This document shows positions 41,588-52,220 of a stretch of DNA of 64,000 nucleotides, one piece after another. The position numbers and the translations under genes are program-made. Each line of letters begins with the position of its first letter. Within the stretch, counting starts at the first letter, position 1. The notes under the pieces were generated by a model. It was not told the DNA's origin. It saw nothing but the letters and a program-made list of their open reading frames with translations, and ran no database searches. Source of the stretch: Bacteroidaceae bacterium (GTDB taxonomy: Bacteria > Bacillota > Clostridia > Lachnospirales > Lachnospiraceae); assembly GCA_963589005.1 (NCBI GenBank), contig CAVAJR010000003.1, forward strand, positions 21,379 through 85,378. Direction: 5' to 3'.

Positions 41588-42135
41588 AAAGAAAAAACAG
41601 CCTAGGATGGAGCGAATTGATCGTTGGCTTGCTTCTGATCTTGCTTGGCATTCTGACCTTTATTCGCCCGGAAAGTATGCTGACGGGAGCGGTTGTAATT
41701 TATGGTGTGATCGCCATTGTGATGGGCATTGAGGATATTGTAGTTTATGCCCGTCTATCTCGTTTTACCGGTTTTGGTCCGATGCTGTCGTTGATCTCCG
41801 GAATTTTAAGTGTTATGTGCGGTGTAATGCTGGTTGCCAATCCCGATGTCGGCAAATGGGCACTGACAGTTCTCCTTCCAATCTGGTTTATCGCACACTG
41901 TATTTCGGAATTGACACGAACGAATCTGATACGCCTGATTGGTAATCCGTTTTATTACTACTTTTCGATGATCCTGAACGTTCTCGGGCTTGTGCTAGGT
42001 TTAGTGATGATATTCAGTCCGGCGCTTTCCTTTGTGACGATCAGAGCAATCTGTTACATGGTAGCGATATATTTGATCCTGTTTGGCATTGAAAGCATTA
42101 TTTCGGCCTTCGCCCGCAGAAACTCTGACTGGTAA
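41584..42135 (+). CDS. HdeD/DUF308-family multi-pass membrane protein
   Basis: 183 aa with six hydrophobic spans in repeated pairs (LLLILLGILTFIRP...). The start overlaps the ftsH stop (ATGA). Confidence 0.6.
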   Translation: MKRKNSLGWSELIVGLLLILLGILTFIRPESMLTGAVVIYGVIAIVMGIEDIVVYARLSRFTGFGPMLSLISGILSVMCGVMLVANPDVGKWALTVLLPIWFIAHCISELTRTNLIRLIGNPFYYYFSMILNVLGLVLGLVMIFSPALSFVTIRAICYMVAIYLILFGIESIISAFARRNSDW

Positions 42136-42330
42136 TACAGAGCAGATACAGCGAAGAGCTTCATTTTACGTATCGCATCATAATTGTTCAGATGAATAAG
42201 GTTGTAATATATTTTCGATGATTCAGAAGAATTTGGGCAAGTGGTTTAAAATTTCTCTGTTTGCAGTTAAAATAAAATGGTATCGAATATTAGATAATAT
42301 TACAGCAGTTTCTGATGCAGAAAGAGAGAA

Positions 42331-44025
42331 ATGATAATGATAGATATCAAAGCAAAACCGTTTTATCTTGATGATGAAGGCGTAAAATGGGTAGAAGAAA
42401 CTAAGAAAAATATGTCATTAGAGGAGAAGATCGGACAGCTATTTGTACCTGTCGGATATTCTGCTGAACCTGAATACCTGCAGCATGAGATGCTGGATCA
42501 TCATGTGGGAGGGATTTTATATCGCAGCGGCAACGGTAAAGAAACACAGGACGGTCACCGGTGGCTGCAAGAGAGAAGTAAGATCCCTATGTTTATAGCT
42601 GCTAATCTTGAGACAGGCGGGGACGGTATCGCAACGGATGGAACATCATTTGCCAGGCAGATGGAAGTGGCTGCAACTAAGGATCCGACTCAGGCATACA
42701 GGCTGGGCAAGATAGCGTGTTCCGAGGGTAAGGCTGTAGGATGCAATTGGGCATTGGCACCTGTTGTTGATATAGACAGAAATTGGAGAAATCCCATCAC
42801 CAATGTGCGTACATACGGAGACGATCCGGATTTTATACTTGAATGTGCATTGCAATATAAAAGGGCAGCTGATGAGGAAGGCCTGGCAGTTGCAATTAAG
42901 CATTTCCCGGGAGACGGCTGCGATGAAGTGGATCAGCACATACTTATAAGCGTCAATGACTTATCCTGCGAGGAGTGGAATCGGACATATGGCAAGATAT
43001 ACAAGGGCTTGATCGATGATGGGGCATTGACAGTAATGGCAGGGCATATCGCACAGCCTGCTTATCAGCGGCATTTTAATCCGGAGTTTCCGGACAAATT
43101 GATACCTGCAACATTGAGTCCTGAACTGCTGCAGGGACTGTTAAGAGGAAGATTAGGATTTAACGGACTTATCAGCACGGACTCTACCTGCATGCTGGGA
43201 TTTACTGTAGCTATGAAGCGTGAAACAGCTGTCCCTTATTCTATTGAGGCAGGATGCGATGTATTCTTGTTTAATAAAGACGTTCATGAAGATTACCAGT
43301 TTATGATGGAGGGATATAAGAAGGGAATATTATCAGAGAAGAGACTTGACGAGGCTGTAACCAGGATACTGGCTGCCAAGGCTTCATTGGGACTTCATAA
43401 GAAATCAAAAGATAAGATCGTTCCTGAACAGAGTGCACTTGAAATATTAAGAAATGAAACCCATGAAGCATGGGCCAGAGAGTGTGCTGATAAGTCAGTT
43501 ACGCTTGTGAAAAATAATGAAAATCTGCTGCCTATTTCCCCTGATAAGACTAAGCGTGTGCTGCTGGAAATTCTGGGAAACTACCCGTCCAGTGAACGTA
43601 TTAAAGCAAAATGGCAGACAATGCTGGAAAATGAAGGCTTCGATGTTACGGTATATGAGAAGGAAGATTTCTCCTCCGTGCCTGATTTTTCGGTCAGGAA
43701 TTTCATCAGCCGTTATGATATGGTGCTATATATCGGCAACATGGAGAATATGTCTAATCAGGTTACCAACCGATATCAGTGGTATACATTCTGGGGCAAC
43801 GGTGACAACTGCCCGTGGTTTACAGCAGAGGTACCAGTAATATACGTAAGTCTGGCCAATCCGTATTCACTTGTGGATGTACCGCAGATACAAACATATA
43901 TTAATTGCTATTCTAATAATGATTATGTCATAGATGCCTGCATGGAGAAGCTGATGGGAAGGTCAGAATTCAAGGGAACCAGCCCGACAGATCCGTTCTG
44001 CGGCAAGGAATATCTGAAATATTAA
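42331..44025 (+). CDS. glycoside hydrolase family 3 protein (beta-glucosidase / beta-N-acetylhexosaminidase type)
   Basis: GH3 N-terminal domain motif KHFPGDG and the probable nucleophile region GLISTDS. No signal peptide. Confidence 0.8.
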   Translation: MIMIDIKAKPFYLDDEGVKWVEETKKNMSLEEKIGQLFVPVGYSAEPEYLQHEMLDHHVGGILYRSGNGKETQDGHRWLQERSKIPMFIAANLETGGDGIATDGTSFARQMEVAATKDPTQAYRLGKIACSEGKAVGCNWALAPVVDIDRNWRNPITNVRTYGDDPDFILECALQYKRAADEEGLAVAIKHFPGDGCDEVDQHILISVNDLSCEEWNRTYGKIYKGLIDDGALTVMAGHIAQPAYQRHFNPEFPDKLIPATLSPELLQGLLRGRLGFNGLISTDSTCMLGFTVAMKRETAVPYSIEAGCDVFLFNKDVHEDYQFMMEGYKKGILSEKRLDEAVTRILAAKASLGLHKKSKDKIVPEQSALEILRNETHEAWARECADKSVTLVKNNENLLPISPDKTKRVLLEILGNYPSSERIKAKWQTMLENEGFDVTVYEKEDFSSVPDFSVRNFISRYDMVLYIGNMENMSNQVTNRYQWYTFWGNGDNCPWFTAEVPVIYVSLANPYSLVDVPQIQTYINCYSNNDYVIDACMEKLMGRSEFKGTSPTDPFCGKEYLKY

Positions 44026-44036
44026 GGAGAACATAC

Positions 44037-46844
44037 ATGAGAATTGATGATATCAAGGTCAATGGTATAACGAATCCTGTAGGTTTCAGTCTGGATCATA
44101 TCAAGCTGTCATGGAAGGTTAGAGACAGCATATCTGAAAGGGCGGCAAATGTTACAATTACAGTAAGCACAGCAGAAGACTTTTCAGATTGCATCTGGGA
44201 GAAATCAGCAGCAGACCTTAATAGCATAGGTCAGCAGATAGATATCTGTGCAGAGCCTTATACCAGATATTATTGCAAAATTGTTGTAACAGGCAATAAG
44301 GGTGACATGGCTGAGGGCAGGACTTATTTTGAACGCGGCAAGGGAAGCTGTCCGTGGACAGGCAAGTTTATAAGTACGGCAGCCGATGATTTGTATCATC
44401 CTGTGTTTGAGAAAACTTTCGAGTGTAGGAAGGCGGTTACAAGAGCCAGACTGTATGTAACAGGTCTTGGTCTATACGAGGCCTATGTTAATGGCATAAA
44501 GGCCGGTGATGAGCTACTGGCTCCGTTTTGCAATGATTACAGAGATAACATACAATATCAGACTTATGATGTGACGGAAAGCATTGCAGCAGGCTCTGAG
44601 AATTCTATCGGAATATTCTGCGGAAATGGCTGGTATAAGGGACGATTGGGATTCGATGGTCAGTCGCAGAATTTTGGAGGCAGATTCGCAGCTGTCGCAG
44701 AACTTCATATATGGTATACCGACGGAAGTAAGGATGTAATCGCAACTGATGAGACCTGGACATACCGTGGAAGCGATATTGAAATGAGTGATCTGTATGA
44801 TGGTGAGACACTTAACAGATTGTTGTGGTCAGACAAGGACAATTCTGATAAGTCGGTGGAAGTGATAACCCATGATACAGGCACGACGCAAGGGGAAATA
44901 GAGCTGACAACCAAGCATCTTGTTGAAAGAATCAGCCTGCCGCTTGTTATAAAGGAAAAACTTGCAGTTAAGGAGATAATCCATACACCGGCTGACGAAA
45001 CCGTACTTGATATGGGTCAGAACATGGTGGGATTTATAGAATTTAATTCAGAGTTGCCGGAAGGAAGCAGGGTTGTATTCGATTTTGGTGAGGTTTTGCA
45101 GCAGGGCAATTTCTATAATGGCAACTATAGGTCTGCTAAGGCAAGATTTGAATATGTCTCAGATGGAAGAGAAGAACATGTAAGGGCACACTTCACATTC
45201 TTCGGATTTCGCTATGTAAGGGTTACTGGCTGGCCCGGAGAGATTGATGCATCCAACTTCAAGGGATGTGTTATTTATTCAGATCTTGAGACAACATCAT
45301 ATTTTAATTCTTCTTCAGGGAAGCTCAACCGTCTGGCACAGAACTGCATGTGGGGTCAGAAGTCGAATTTCCTTGATATGCCGACTGATTGCCCGCAGCG
45401 AGATGAGAGACTGGGATGGACGGGAGATGCGCAGGTATTTGCTCCTACGGCATGTTATAACATGGACACAAGAGCATTTTACCGCAATTTTCTGGCGGAT
45501 CTGCGTGTCGAGCAATTAAGACTGGATGGGGCGATTCCTAATTATATTCCGAATCTAGGAGGAAATGCCGGAAGTGCCAGTGTATGGGGAGATGTGGCGA
45601 CATTCCTTCCGATGACATTATATCAGCACTACGGTGATAAGGACGAGTTAAGACAATTTTATCCGTTGATGAAGGACTGGGTTGACTGGATTATGCGCGG
45701 CGATGAGGCAAATGGCGACGACAACCTATGGAATTTCGGTTTCCATTTCGGAGACTGGCTGGCGCAGGACGGAATTACGTCTCAGAGCATGAAGGGCGGC
45801 ACAGATGATACATTAATAGCGTCTCTTTATTATTACGAATCTGTGAGCAAGGCAGCAGAGGCAGCAGAAATACTGGGCAACAATGAAGATGCACAACATT
45901 ACCGGGTCAAGGCTGATAAGATAAGGACAGCAATACTTGACGAATTCTGCTCACCTAACGGACGCCTTGCAGCAGATACACAGACATCGTATCTTATGTG
46001 CCTTAATTTCGGTATATACCGTGATAAGGAGAAAATAATAAGTGCTCTTAAAGAGCGGATCAGGAAGGACTGTTACAAGATCAAGGGCGGATTTATCGGT
46101 GCTACAATGATGTGTCAGGTATTGGCTCAAAACGGCATGGAGGATATTGCAAGCTATATCTTATTTCAGGAAGGTTTTCCGGGCTGGATGCACTGTATTG
46201 ATCTGGGGGCAACTACTATCTGGGAGAGATGGAATTCCGTACTTGATGACGGCAGCATAAGCGGTACAGGAATGAATTCGCTTAATCATTATTCCTATGG
46301 CTCTGTAATGGAATATGTATATCGCTATATGGCAGGAATAAGCCAGGCTCAGCCAGGATTTAAGAGAGTACGCTTCGCACCGCAGCTTAATAATAAACTG
46401 GAGTTCATTGAATATAGCTATGACTGTGTAAGCGGTACATATACATCTGCATGGAAAATAAATGAAGATGGTACAGTTACAGTGAAATTCGGCGTTCCAT
46501 TTGGCTGCAGTGCATCAGCATTGCTTCCGGATGCAGCTGATGACCAATATAAATCAGTCATGGAGCTTGCACCGGGTGAACATGAATTTACATATAAAAC
46601 CAATCGCGATTATCGCAAGGCATATACTATGGACTCGAGACTTGAAGAGCTGCAGAATGATCCTCGTGCAATCAGGATTCTGGAGCAGAAACTGCCGATA
46701 GCTGCAGGACTTATTCGAAGCCAGGATGCTGAGAATCTGAATCATAGCCTTGGGGAATTGCAATATATGTTCTTCATGGGGTTTAACCCGGAGATGGTAC
46801 AGAAGGCAGCAGCGGAGATTATGAAGCTGGATGTCATGAGATAA
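44037..46844 (+). CDS. alpha-L-rhamnosidase (GH78)
   Basis: 935 aa. DCPQRDERLGWTGDAQVF and the six-hairpin-domain pattern typical of bacterial GH78. Starts 11 nt after the GH3 gene. Confidence 0.85.
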   Translation: MRIDDIKVNGITNPVGFSLDHIKLSWKVRDSISERAANVTITVSTAEDFSDCIWEKSAADLNSIGQQIDICAEPYTRYYCKIVVTGNKGDMAEGRTYFERGKGSCPWTGKFISTAADDLYHPVFEKTFECRKAVTRARLYVTGLGLYEAYVNGIKAGDELLAPFCNDYRDNIQYQTYDVTESIAAGSENSIGIFCGNGWYKGRLGFDGQSQNFGGRFAAVAELHIWYTDGSKDVIATDETWTYRGSDIEMSDLYDGETLNRLLWSDKDNSDKSVEVITHDTGTTQGEIELTTKHLVERISLPLVIKEKLAVKEIIHTPADETVLDMGQNMVGFIEFNSELPEGSRVVFDFGEVLQQGNFYNGNYRSAKARFEYVSDGREEHVRAHFTFFGFRYVRVTGWPGEIDASNFKGCVIYSDLETTSYFNSSSGKLNRLAQNCMWGQKSNFLDMPTDCPQRDERLGWTGDAQVFAPTACYNMDTRAFYRNFLADLRVEQLRLDGAIPNYIPNLGGNAGSASVWGDVATFLPMTLYQHYGDKDELRQFYPLMKDWVDWIMRGDEANGDDNLWNFGFHFGDWLAQDGITSQSMKGGTDDTLIASLYYYESVSKAAEAAEILGNNEDAQHYRVKADKIRTAILDEFCSPNGRLAADTQTSYLMCLNFGIYRDKEKIISALKERIRKDCYKIKGGFIGATMMCQVLAQNGMEDIASYILFQEGFPGWMHCIDLGATTIWERWNSVLDDGSISGTGMNSLNHYSYGSVMEYVYRYMAGISQAQPGFKRVRFAPQLNNKLEFIEYSYDCVSGTYTSAWKINEDGTVTVKFGVPFGCSASALLPDAADDQYKSVMELAPGEHEFTYKTNRDYRKAYTMDSRLEELQNDPRAIRILEQKLPIAAGLIRSQDAENLNHSLGELQYMFFMGFNPEMVQKAAAEIMKLDVMR

Positions 46845-46996
46845 GACGATGAAGGCACGAAGGATTTCGGCATTGCATCGTGAACTAGGGCATACAACAC
46901 TGAAAAAATTTCGATGACTTTTATGCAATGGATGTGTATTACCGGCGCGACAGCAATCTTGCGCTATTTAAACTTATATGAGAAAGGTGACGGTAT

Positions 46997-47632
46997 ATGA
47001 AAGCATTTATTTTTGATCTGGACGGCGTGATCGTATTTACTGATCAATTTCATTATCAGGCATGGAAGAAGATGGCTGATGATATAGGCATATATTTTGA
47101 TGAAACGATTAATAATCGCCTGCGGGGAGTAAGCAGGGCGGAGAGTCTGGAGATCATTCTTGAAAGATATGAAGGAGAGCCATTGTCACAGGAGAAAAAG
47201 GCGGAGCTTATGGAGCGCAAGAATAATACATACAGAGAACTTCTTGCAACCATGACACCGGCAGATGTTAAGGATGAAGTAAGAGACACATTGGCGAAAC
47301 TTAGAAACAGAGGATATAAGCTGGCTATCGGTTCATCAAGTAAAAATGCCAGATTTATTCTGGAACAGGTTGGATTAACAGATGCATTTGACGCCATTTC
47401 AGACGGAACCAACATAAGTAAGTCGAAACCTGATCCGGAGGTATTCCTCAAAGCTGCACAATTTCTGGGAGTAGAACCTATGGAGTGCTGGGTTGTAGAA
47501 GATGCATATGCAGGGATAGATGCTGCCAAAAATGCCGGCATGAAGGCTGTCGGAATTGGTGATGCAGCAGGTTATGAGAAGGCAGATGAGAAGATAGACA
47601 GCCTTGGAGAGTTGCTATCCATTTGCCGATAA
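46997..47632 (+). CDS. pgmB: beta-phosphoglucomutase (HAD superfamily)
   Basis: FIFDLDGVI nucleophile motif, LRGVSRAESLEIIL, GSSSKNA, VEDAYAGIDAAKNAGM. Confidence 0.8.
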   Translation: MKAFIFDLDGVIVFTDQFHYQAWKKMADDIGIYFDETINNRLRGVSRAESLEIILERYEGEPLSQEKKAELMERKNNTYRELLATMTPADVKDEVRDTLAKLRNRGYKLAIGSSSKNARFILEQVGLTDAFDAISDGTNISKSKPDPEVFLKAAQFLGVEPMECWVVEDAYAGIDAAKNAGMKAVGIGDAAGYEKADEKIDSLGELLSICR

Positions 47633-47660
47633 GAAGACAAAAAATCATTGGTGAAACAAG

Positions 47661-47699
47661 CAAGCCCCATGATGAAATTTATATTCATCACGGGGCTTG
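47661..47699. terminator. 15-bp hairpin between the convergent pgmB and esterase genes
   Basis: CAAGCCCCATGATGA (47661-47675) pairs with TCATCACGGGGCTTG (47685-47699) with one mismatch. Confidence 0.5.
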
Positions 47700-47813
47700 A
47701 TCTTAGGAGTAAATCTAAATTATAGATTCAATGCACAGGTGAAAGACTCAGAAAGTCAGCCATGCATATGAATGATGTATAATGATATACGGTAGACGTT
47801 TGTGAGGACAGCA

Positions 47814-49466
47814 TTAATTAGATTCGCCGACAGGAATCAGAGCGAATAACTCGTCTTCGTGGTGATAACGCATAGAGCTTGTTACACCGTTGGTATCATC
47901 GAATACCATGATCGCATCTGTGTCGCTGGTCCATGGCTCCCATGTAAGTTCCTCTGTGCTTGGGCTACCTGTTCTTGCAAATGCAGCTAATGCGTCGCTC
48001 ATCTGTTTTGACAGAGCCTCGAACTTAGCAGTCTCGCCGCTTACCCATGCAGGCATCTTGCTTACATTGCTGAACCATAACGGAACATCACCTGCTGTAT
48101 GGATAGGAACGATTCCGCCGAAGAATGGATATGAAGCAGCCTGGATTGAGGTATAAACAGTGCCGCCGTAGCTTTCCATAGCCTCGCACATCGGGATTGC
48201 AGACATGCCGGCAGTACGATTGTTGATATAGAGAACCTCACCAACATTGTGTCCGGGATATGCTTCCTTGAAGGCCTCGATGATCTTAGCTGCCAGGTCA
48301 GCATCGCCATATTTTTCTGTCAATGAAGTCAATACAGATTCTTCTGTCATCATAGACAGGTCGTTGCTTTCAATCAGTTCCTTAGTTGCTGTAGCGAAGA
48401 TCTGATTGCCGATGTTTGTTGTAAATTCGCCTAATACATTGCTTGCTATAAGAGGAATATCCTTAGACATCTCATATGTGCCAGTAGGGATATAATCACC
48501 GTCTACAGTAGGGCCGGCCTTATATCCTGCCTCATTATAAGCAGCATAGAGTGTTTCGTAATCGATAGTTTCGATGTCTTTGATATTTTCTTCAGTAATG
48601 CCGAGAAGATCCAGAACTTCCGCAGCCTTAGCCTGAGTATCTTCTGTTGTCTGAGATACAGCAACGCTGCCGCCTGACCATATAACAGCCTTGTGGAATA
48701 ATCCCTGAGCCGCAGGTGTTGACATGAGAGTAGTAACCTTGCTGCCGCCGCCTGACTGTCCGATGATAGTTACATTGTTAGGATCGCCGCCGAAATATTC
48801 AGCATTGTCGCGTACCCATTCAAGGGCAAATACTAAGTCAGCGATACCGAGGTTGCCTGAATTAGCATATTCCTCACCGTATGCTGAGAGATCGAAATAA
48901 CCTAATACATTGAGACGATGATTTGCACTGATGAATACAACATCTTCTGCCTTGGCAAAATTAGCTCCGTCATAGAGGGTCTTCTCTAATGAACCGCCTG
49001 TTGTATAACCGCCGCCGTGAATCCAGAATATTACAGGCTTAAGTTCGCCGCCCTTGTTGTCAAGATTGGTTGTCCATACATTTAAGTTGAGCATTTTTTC
49101 TTCATTTTCAACCATTTCAGTCGAATAAGCCATGAAGTCAAATGTTTCCATGGTTGTCTTATTCTGTGGGCATACCTCACCCTGCATCAGGCAAGTCTTG
49201 TATCCTTCCCATGCGTCCGGAGCCTCAGGCATATGGAAACGAGTTGCCTTGGCATATGGAATTCCATAGAAGGAATCAACACCGTTCTCGCAATATCCCA
49301 TAATATTGCCATTGGTCGTTGTTGCATAAGTACGAGTAGTTACCAGTTCTTCAGATGCTGCATTTTCAGCTCCTGCTTCACTTGCAGATACTGCAAATGG
49401 CAGAGCGCAGACGGACATTCCGCCTATTAATGCAAGAGTTAAAAGCTTAGTCATAATCTTTTTCAT
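47814..49466 (-). CDS. secreted type-B carboxylesterase/lipase family protein
   Basis: N-terminal signal peptide (MKKIMTKLLTLALIGGMSVCALPFAVSA), oxyanion region WIHGGGY, nucleophile elbow GQSGG. AGGAGG RBS. Confidence 0.85.
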   Translation of the reverse strand: MKKIMTKLLTLALIGGMSVCALPFAVSASEAGAENAASEELVTTRTYATTTNGNIMGYCENGVDSFYGIPYAKATRFHMPEAPDAWEGYKTCLMQGEVCPQNKTTMETFDFMAYSTEMVENEEKMLNLNVWTTNLDNKGGELKPVIFWIHGGGYTTGGSLEKTLYDGANFAKAEDVVFISANHRLNVLGYFDLSAYGEEYANSGNLGIADLVFALEWVRDNAEYFGGDPNNVTIIGQSGGGSKVTTLMSTPAAQGLFHKAVIWSGGSVAVSQTTEDTQAKAAEVLDLLGITEENIKDIETIDYETLYAAYNEAGYKAGPTVDGDYIPTGTYEMSKDIPLIASNVLGEFTTNIGNQIFATATKELIESNDLSMMTEESVLTSLTEKYGDADLAAKIIEAFKEAYPGHNVGEVLYINNRTAGMSAIPMCEAMESYGGTVYTSIQAASYPFFGGIVPIHTAGDVPLWFSNVSKMPAWVSGETAKFEALSKQMSDALAAFARTGSPSTEELTWEPWTSDTDAIMVFDDTNGVTSSMRYHHEDELFALIPVGESN

Positions 49467-49707
49467 AAAATTTCCTCCTGTTTTTATGTTATGTATAATG
49501 ATAATGATAAAATGCTTTTATACAATGCCAGAAGGTATTGATATGCAGGCTTAAGTATGCCAATTAAAATTTGAAAAAATAAGAAAAACCATCATAACAA
49601 TAAAGAATTGCATGTTCCATACAAAATAATATGATTACAGGGGCTGCTGTGTTAAAATTATGAGGCGGAGATGCAATATTATGTATGTAGTTAGAGGAAA
49701 ATACAAA

Positions 49708-52185
49708 ATGCCCGACAGTAAGGTAGTTTTTAATATAAATTTATCACCGATTGAGATCTCTTTATTTCAGCTGTCTTCTCAGCTTCCGGCCTGGGAGTCT
49801 GAGTTACAGCTGATTTTTATAAGTGAAGGTCAGGTGCACTTTCGAGTTGATAACAGCACATACCATTTGAGGGAGAAGGATATTATTATAATCGCACCGA
49901 TGGAGGTATATTCCTTCTCGGAGGGAGACGGTATTGCTGCATGCTTTAAAATCGACATCAACAAAATATCTGATATTGTAAATGAATATAAGCTTCCTGA
50001 TTTTCAGGCAATTTACTTTAAAAAATCGAGAAATGAAACAGATATACAGATGCGTCAGTATATGGCAAATATTTTAATGCGTGTTGTCAAGAAACAAAAT
50101 GCGACTGGTTCGCTTGCAAATATTGCCGACTGCATGAATCTGTTAACGCTGCTGTCAGAACAATTTAAGCATAAAAAAAATAATGCTCCCAAGGCAGGAC
50201 AGGCGCCTGTTCTGAATGCAATATCATTTATCGCACAGAATTTTAATAAGAATATTTCCGTAAGGGATGCAGCGAATGCCTGCCAATATTCGGTATCATA
50301 TTTTTCCAAAATGTTTGCCGATTATATGGGATGCACATTTCTTGAGTATCTTACCTCTGCCAGACTCAGGGAAGCTGAAAAGCTTCTGGACAGTGGTATC
50401 AGCATGTCGGAAATAGCGCAAAGATGCGGATTTGCAGATTACAGAGCTTTATACAGAGCTTATCAGAAAAAATATAATATAACGCTGACGGAAGGTAAAA
50501 AGAGAAAATCTCATGAGAAGTCGTACAGGTTTAACAAGGAAGTAAATATATCCGACGAAGCAGGCCAATATCTGGCAAAATGTCTGCAGCAGCTGCAGGA
50601 CCAGTCTGCTGTTATTCCTACCCAATATGTAAAACTTCCTGAAGTATCTGTCGAAAATATCATAAGACCGTTTCAGCATACCTGGCAGGAAACTGTAGGA
50701 AGCGGTCTGGCAAGCATTATGCTTCAGACCGATAAGCAGGATACAATAAGGCAGCTGCAAAATGATATAGGATACAAAAATGTCATTATTATGGGAATAC
50801 TCAGTGATTCCATGAGAGTGGTTTACCAAAAGGAACATGGAGAGATCAGATATTATTTTGGCAACTGTGATAAGGTTCTGGATTTTGTCCTGGACTTAAA
50901 TATGCGGCCGATCATACAGCTGGGATTTATGCCTGAACTTCTGGCACGGGATAAGAAAAATTGCCCGTTGGGAAGGTTGAATATAGTTAGTCTTCCTGAA
51001 AACATGGATCAATGGGAACAGCTGCTGCGGGCTTTCTTTGAGCATATAATTCTCAGATATGGTCTGCAGACAGTCAGAAATTGGGGATTTTCACCATGGA
51101 GTAAGCCGGAAGTTGTTGAGCTGCCGTTTGGATTTGCAGATGTCAGGGAATATTTTGAATTTTATTACTGTTCGTATAGGGTGGTCAAATCATACGGATC
51201 GGACATACAGTTTGCCAGTCCAGCTTTCTTGATCGCTTCCTGTGGCAAACCTTGGATCAAGGAATTCTTCTATCATTGCAAAAAGAATGATTGTATGCCT
51301 GACAGCCTGAATTTTGATTTTTATCCGGCGATAAAGGCCAATAGAGATATTAATGATAAGGGTTCTGACAGAAGCTATAATGAAGTAGTTAATGAGCTGC
51401 AGTATAATGCGGAGCCTGATTTTATGCGGGATGCGCTGACGAGCATCTCGAAGCTGTGCAAGGATTGCAAGCTGCCATATGAAAAGGCCGGGCTGGAGGA
51501 ATGGAATTTCAGTGTATCACAAAGAGAGCGTGTACATGATACCTGCTATATGGCCAGCTTCATTGCCAAAAATGTATTGGAATGCTGGGATAAGTTTTCA
51601 TATATGAGCTTTTGGACCTGTGCAGATTCAGAGGCGCAGGTGGATATAAATGAGCAGCTGTTTCACGGAGGCATGGGCATGATTGCCGGCGGAAATCTGA
51701 AGAAGCCCTCCTGTTATGCATTTGCTTTTTTAGCTAAACTGGGCGATATGCTTATATCTCAGGGAGACGGATATATTGTTACTGCTAAAAATCAGAACAT
51801 ACAGGTGCTTTTTTATAATTATTGCCATTATTCGGAGCTGTTTGCCAATGCAAGCAGAGATTATCCGTCTCAGATGAATGCATATGAGGCTTTCAGAGAA
51901 CAGTCCCGCAAATACATATCGCTTACGCTGACAGATCTTAGCTTCCGGGAATATATGCTGACTGCTCACAGATTGAATCGTGAACACGGAAGCGTATATG
52001 ATAAGTGGCTAGAAATGGGAGGACAAGAGCCGACAGCGCAGGATGAATTTGAATATCTGCGGGGAATTTCCCAGCCCTATCTGCATAAGCAGAGGGCAGC
52101 AATAAAAAATGGCAGGTATCAGATCGATGTGCAATTAGAACCCTTTGAATTATATTTGATGGAATTTAAACCTATTTTGTCGTGA
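49708..52185 (+). CDS. AraC-family regulator fused to a GH39-like (beta-xylosidase fold) C-terminal domain, paralogue 1
   Basis: Cupin-like N-terminus, AraC HTH (SVSYFSKMFADYMGCTFLEYLTSARLREAEKLL). The C-terminal ~500 aa carry GH39-like blocks RPIIQLGFMPELLA, LEEWN, FHGGMGMI and KKPSCYAF. ATG 49708 sits behind AGAGGA. The ORF is also open from 49660. Confidence 0.75.
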   Translation: MPDSKVVFNINLSPIEISLFQLSSQLPAWESELQLIFISEGQVHFRVDNSTYHLREKDIIIIAPMEVYSFSEGDGIAACFKIDINKISDIVNEYKLPDFQAIYFKKSRNETDIQMRQYMANILMRVVKKQNATGSLANIADCMNLLTLLSEQFKHKKNNAPKAGQAPVLNAISFIAQNFNKNISVRDAANACQYSVSYFSKMFADYMGCTFLEYLTSARLREAEKLLDSGISMSEIAQRCGFADYRALYRAYQKKYNITLTEGKKRKSHEKSYRFNKEVNISDEAGQYLAKCLQQLQDQSAVIPTQYVKLPEVSVENIIRPFQHTWQETVGSGLASIMLQTDKQDTIRQLQNDIGYKNVIIMGILSDSMRVVYQKEHGEIRYYFGNCDKVLDFVLDLNMRPIIQLGFMPELLARDKKNCPLGRLNIVSLPENMDQWEQLLRAFFEHIILRYGLQTVRNWGFSPWSKPEVVELPFGFADVREYFEFYYCSYRVVKSYGSDIQFASPAFLIASCGKPWIKEFFYHCKKNDCMPDSLNFDFYPAIKANRDINDKGSDRSYNEVVNELQYNAEPDFMRDALTSISKLCKDCKLPYEKAGLEEWNFSVSQRERVHDTCYMASFIAKNVLECWDKFSYMSFWTCADSEAQVDINEQLFHGGMGMIAGGNLKKPSCYAFAFLAKLGDMLISQGDGYIVTAKNQNIQVLFYNYCHYSELFANASRDYPSQMNAYEAFREQSRKYISLTLTDLSFREYMLTAHRLNREHGSVYDKWLEMGGQEPTAQDEFEYLRGISQPYLHKQRAAIKNGRYQIDVQLEPFELYLMEFKPILS

Positions 52186-52220
52186 TGAAAAATATGAAGC
52201 AAAATTGGAATCGCCGGTTA

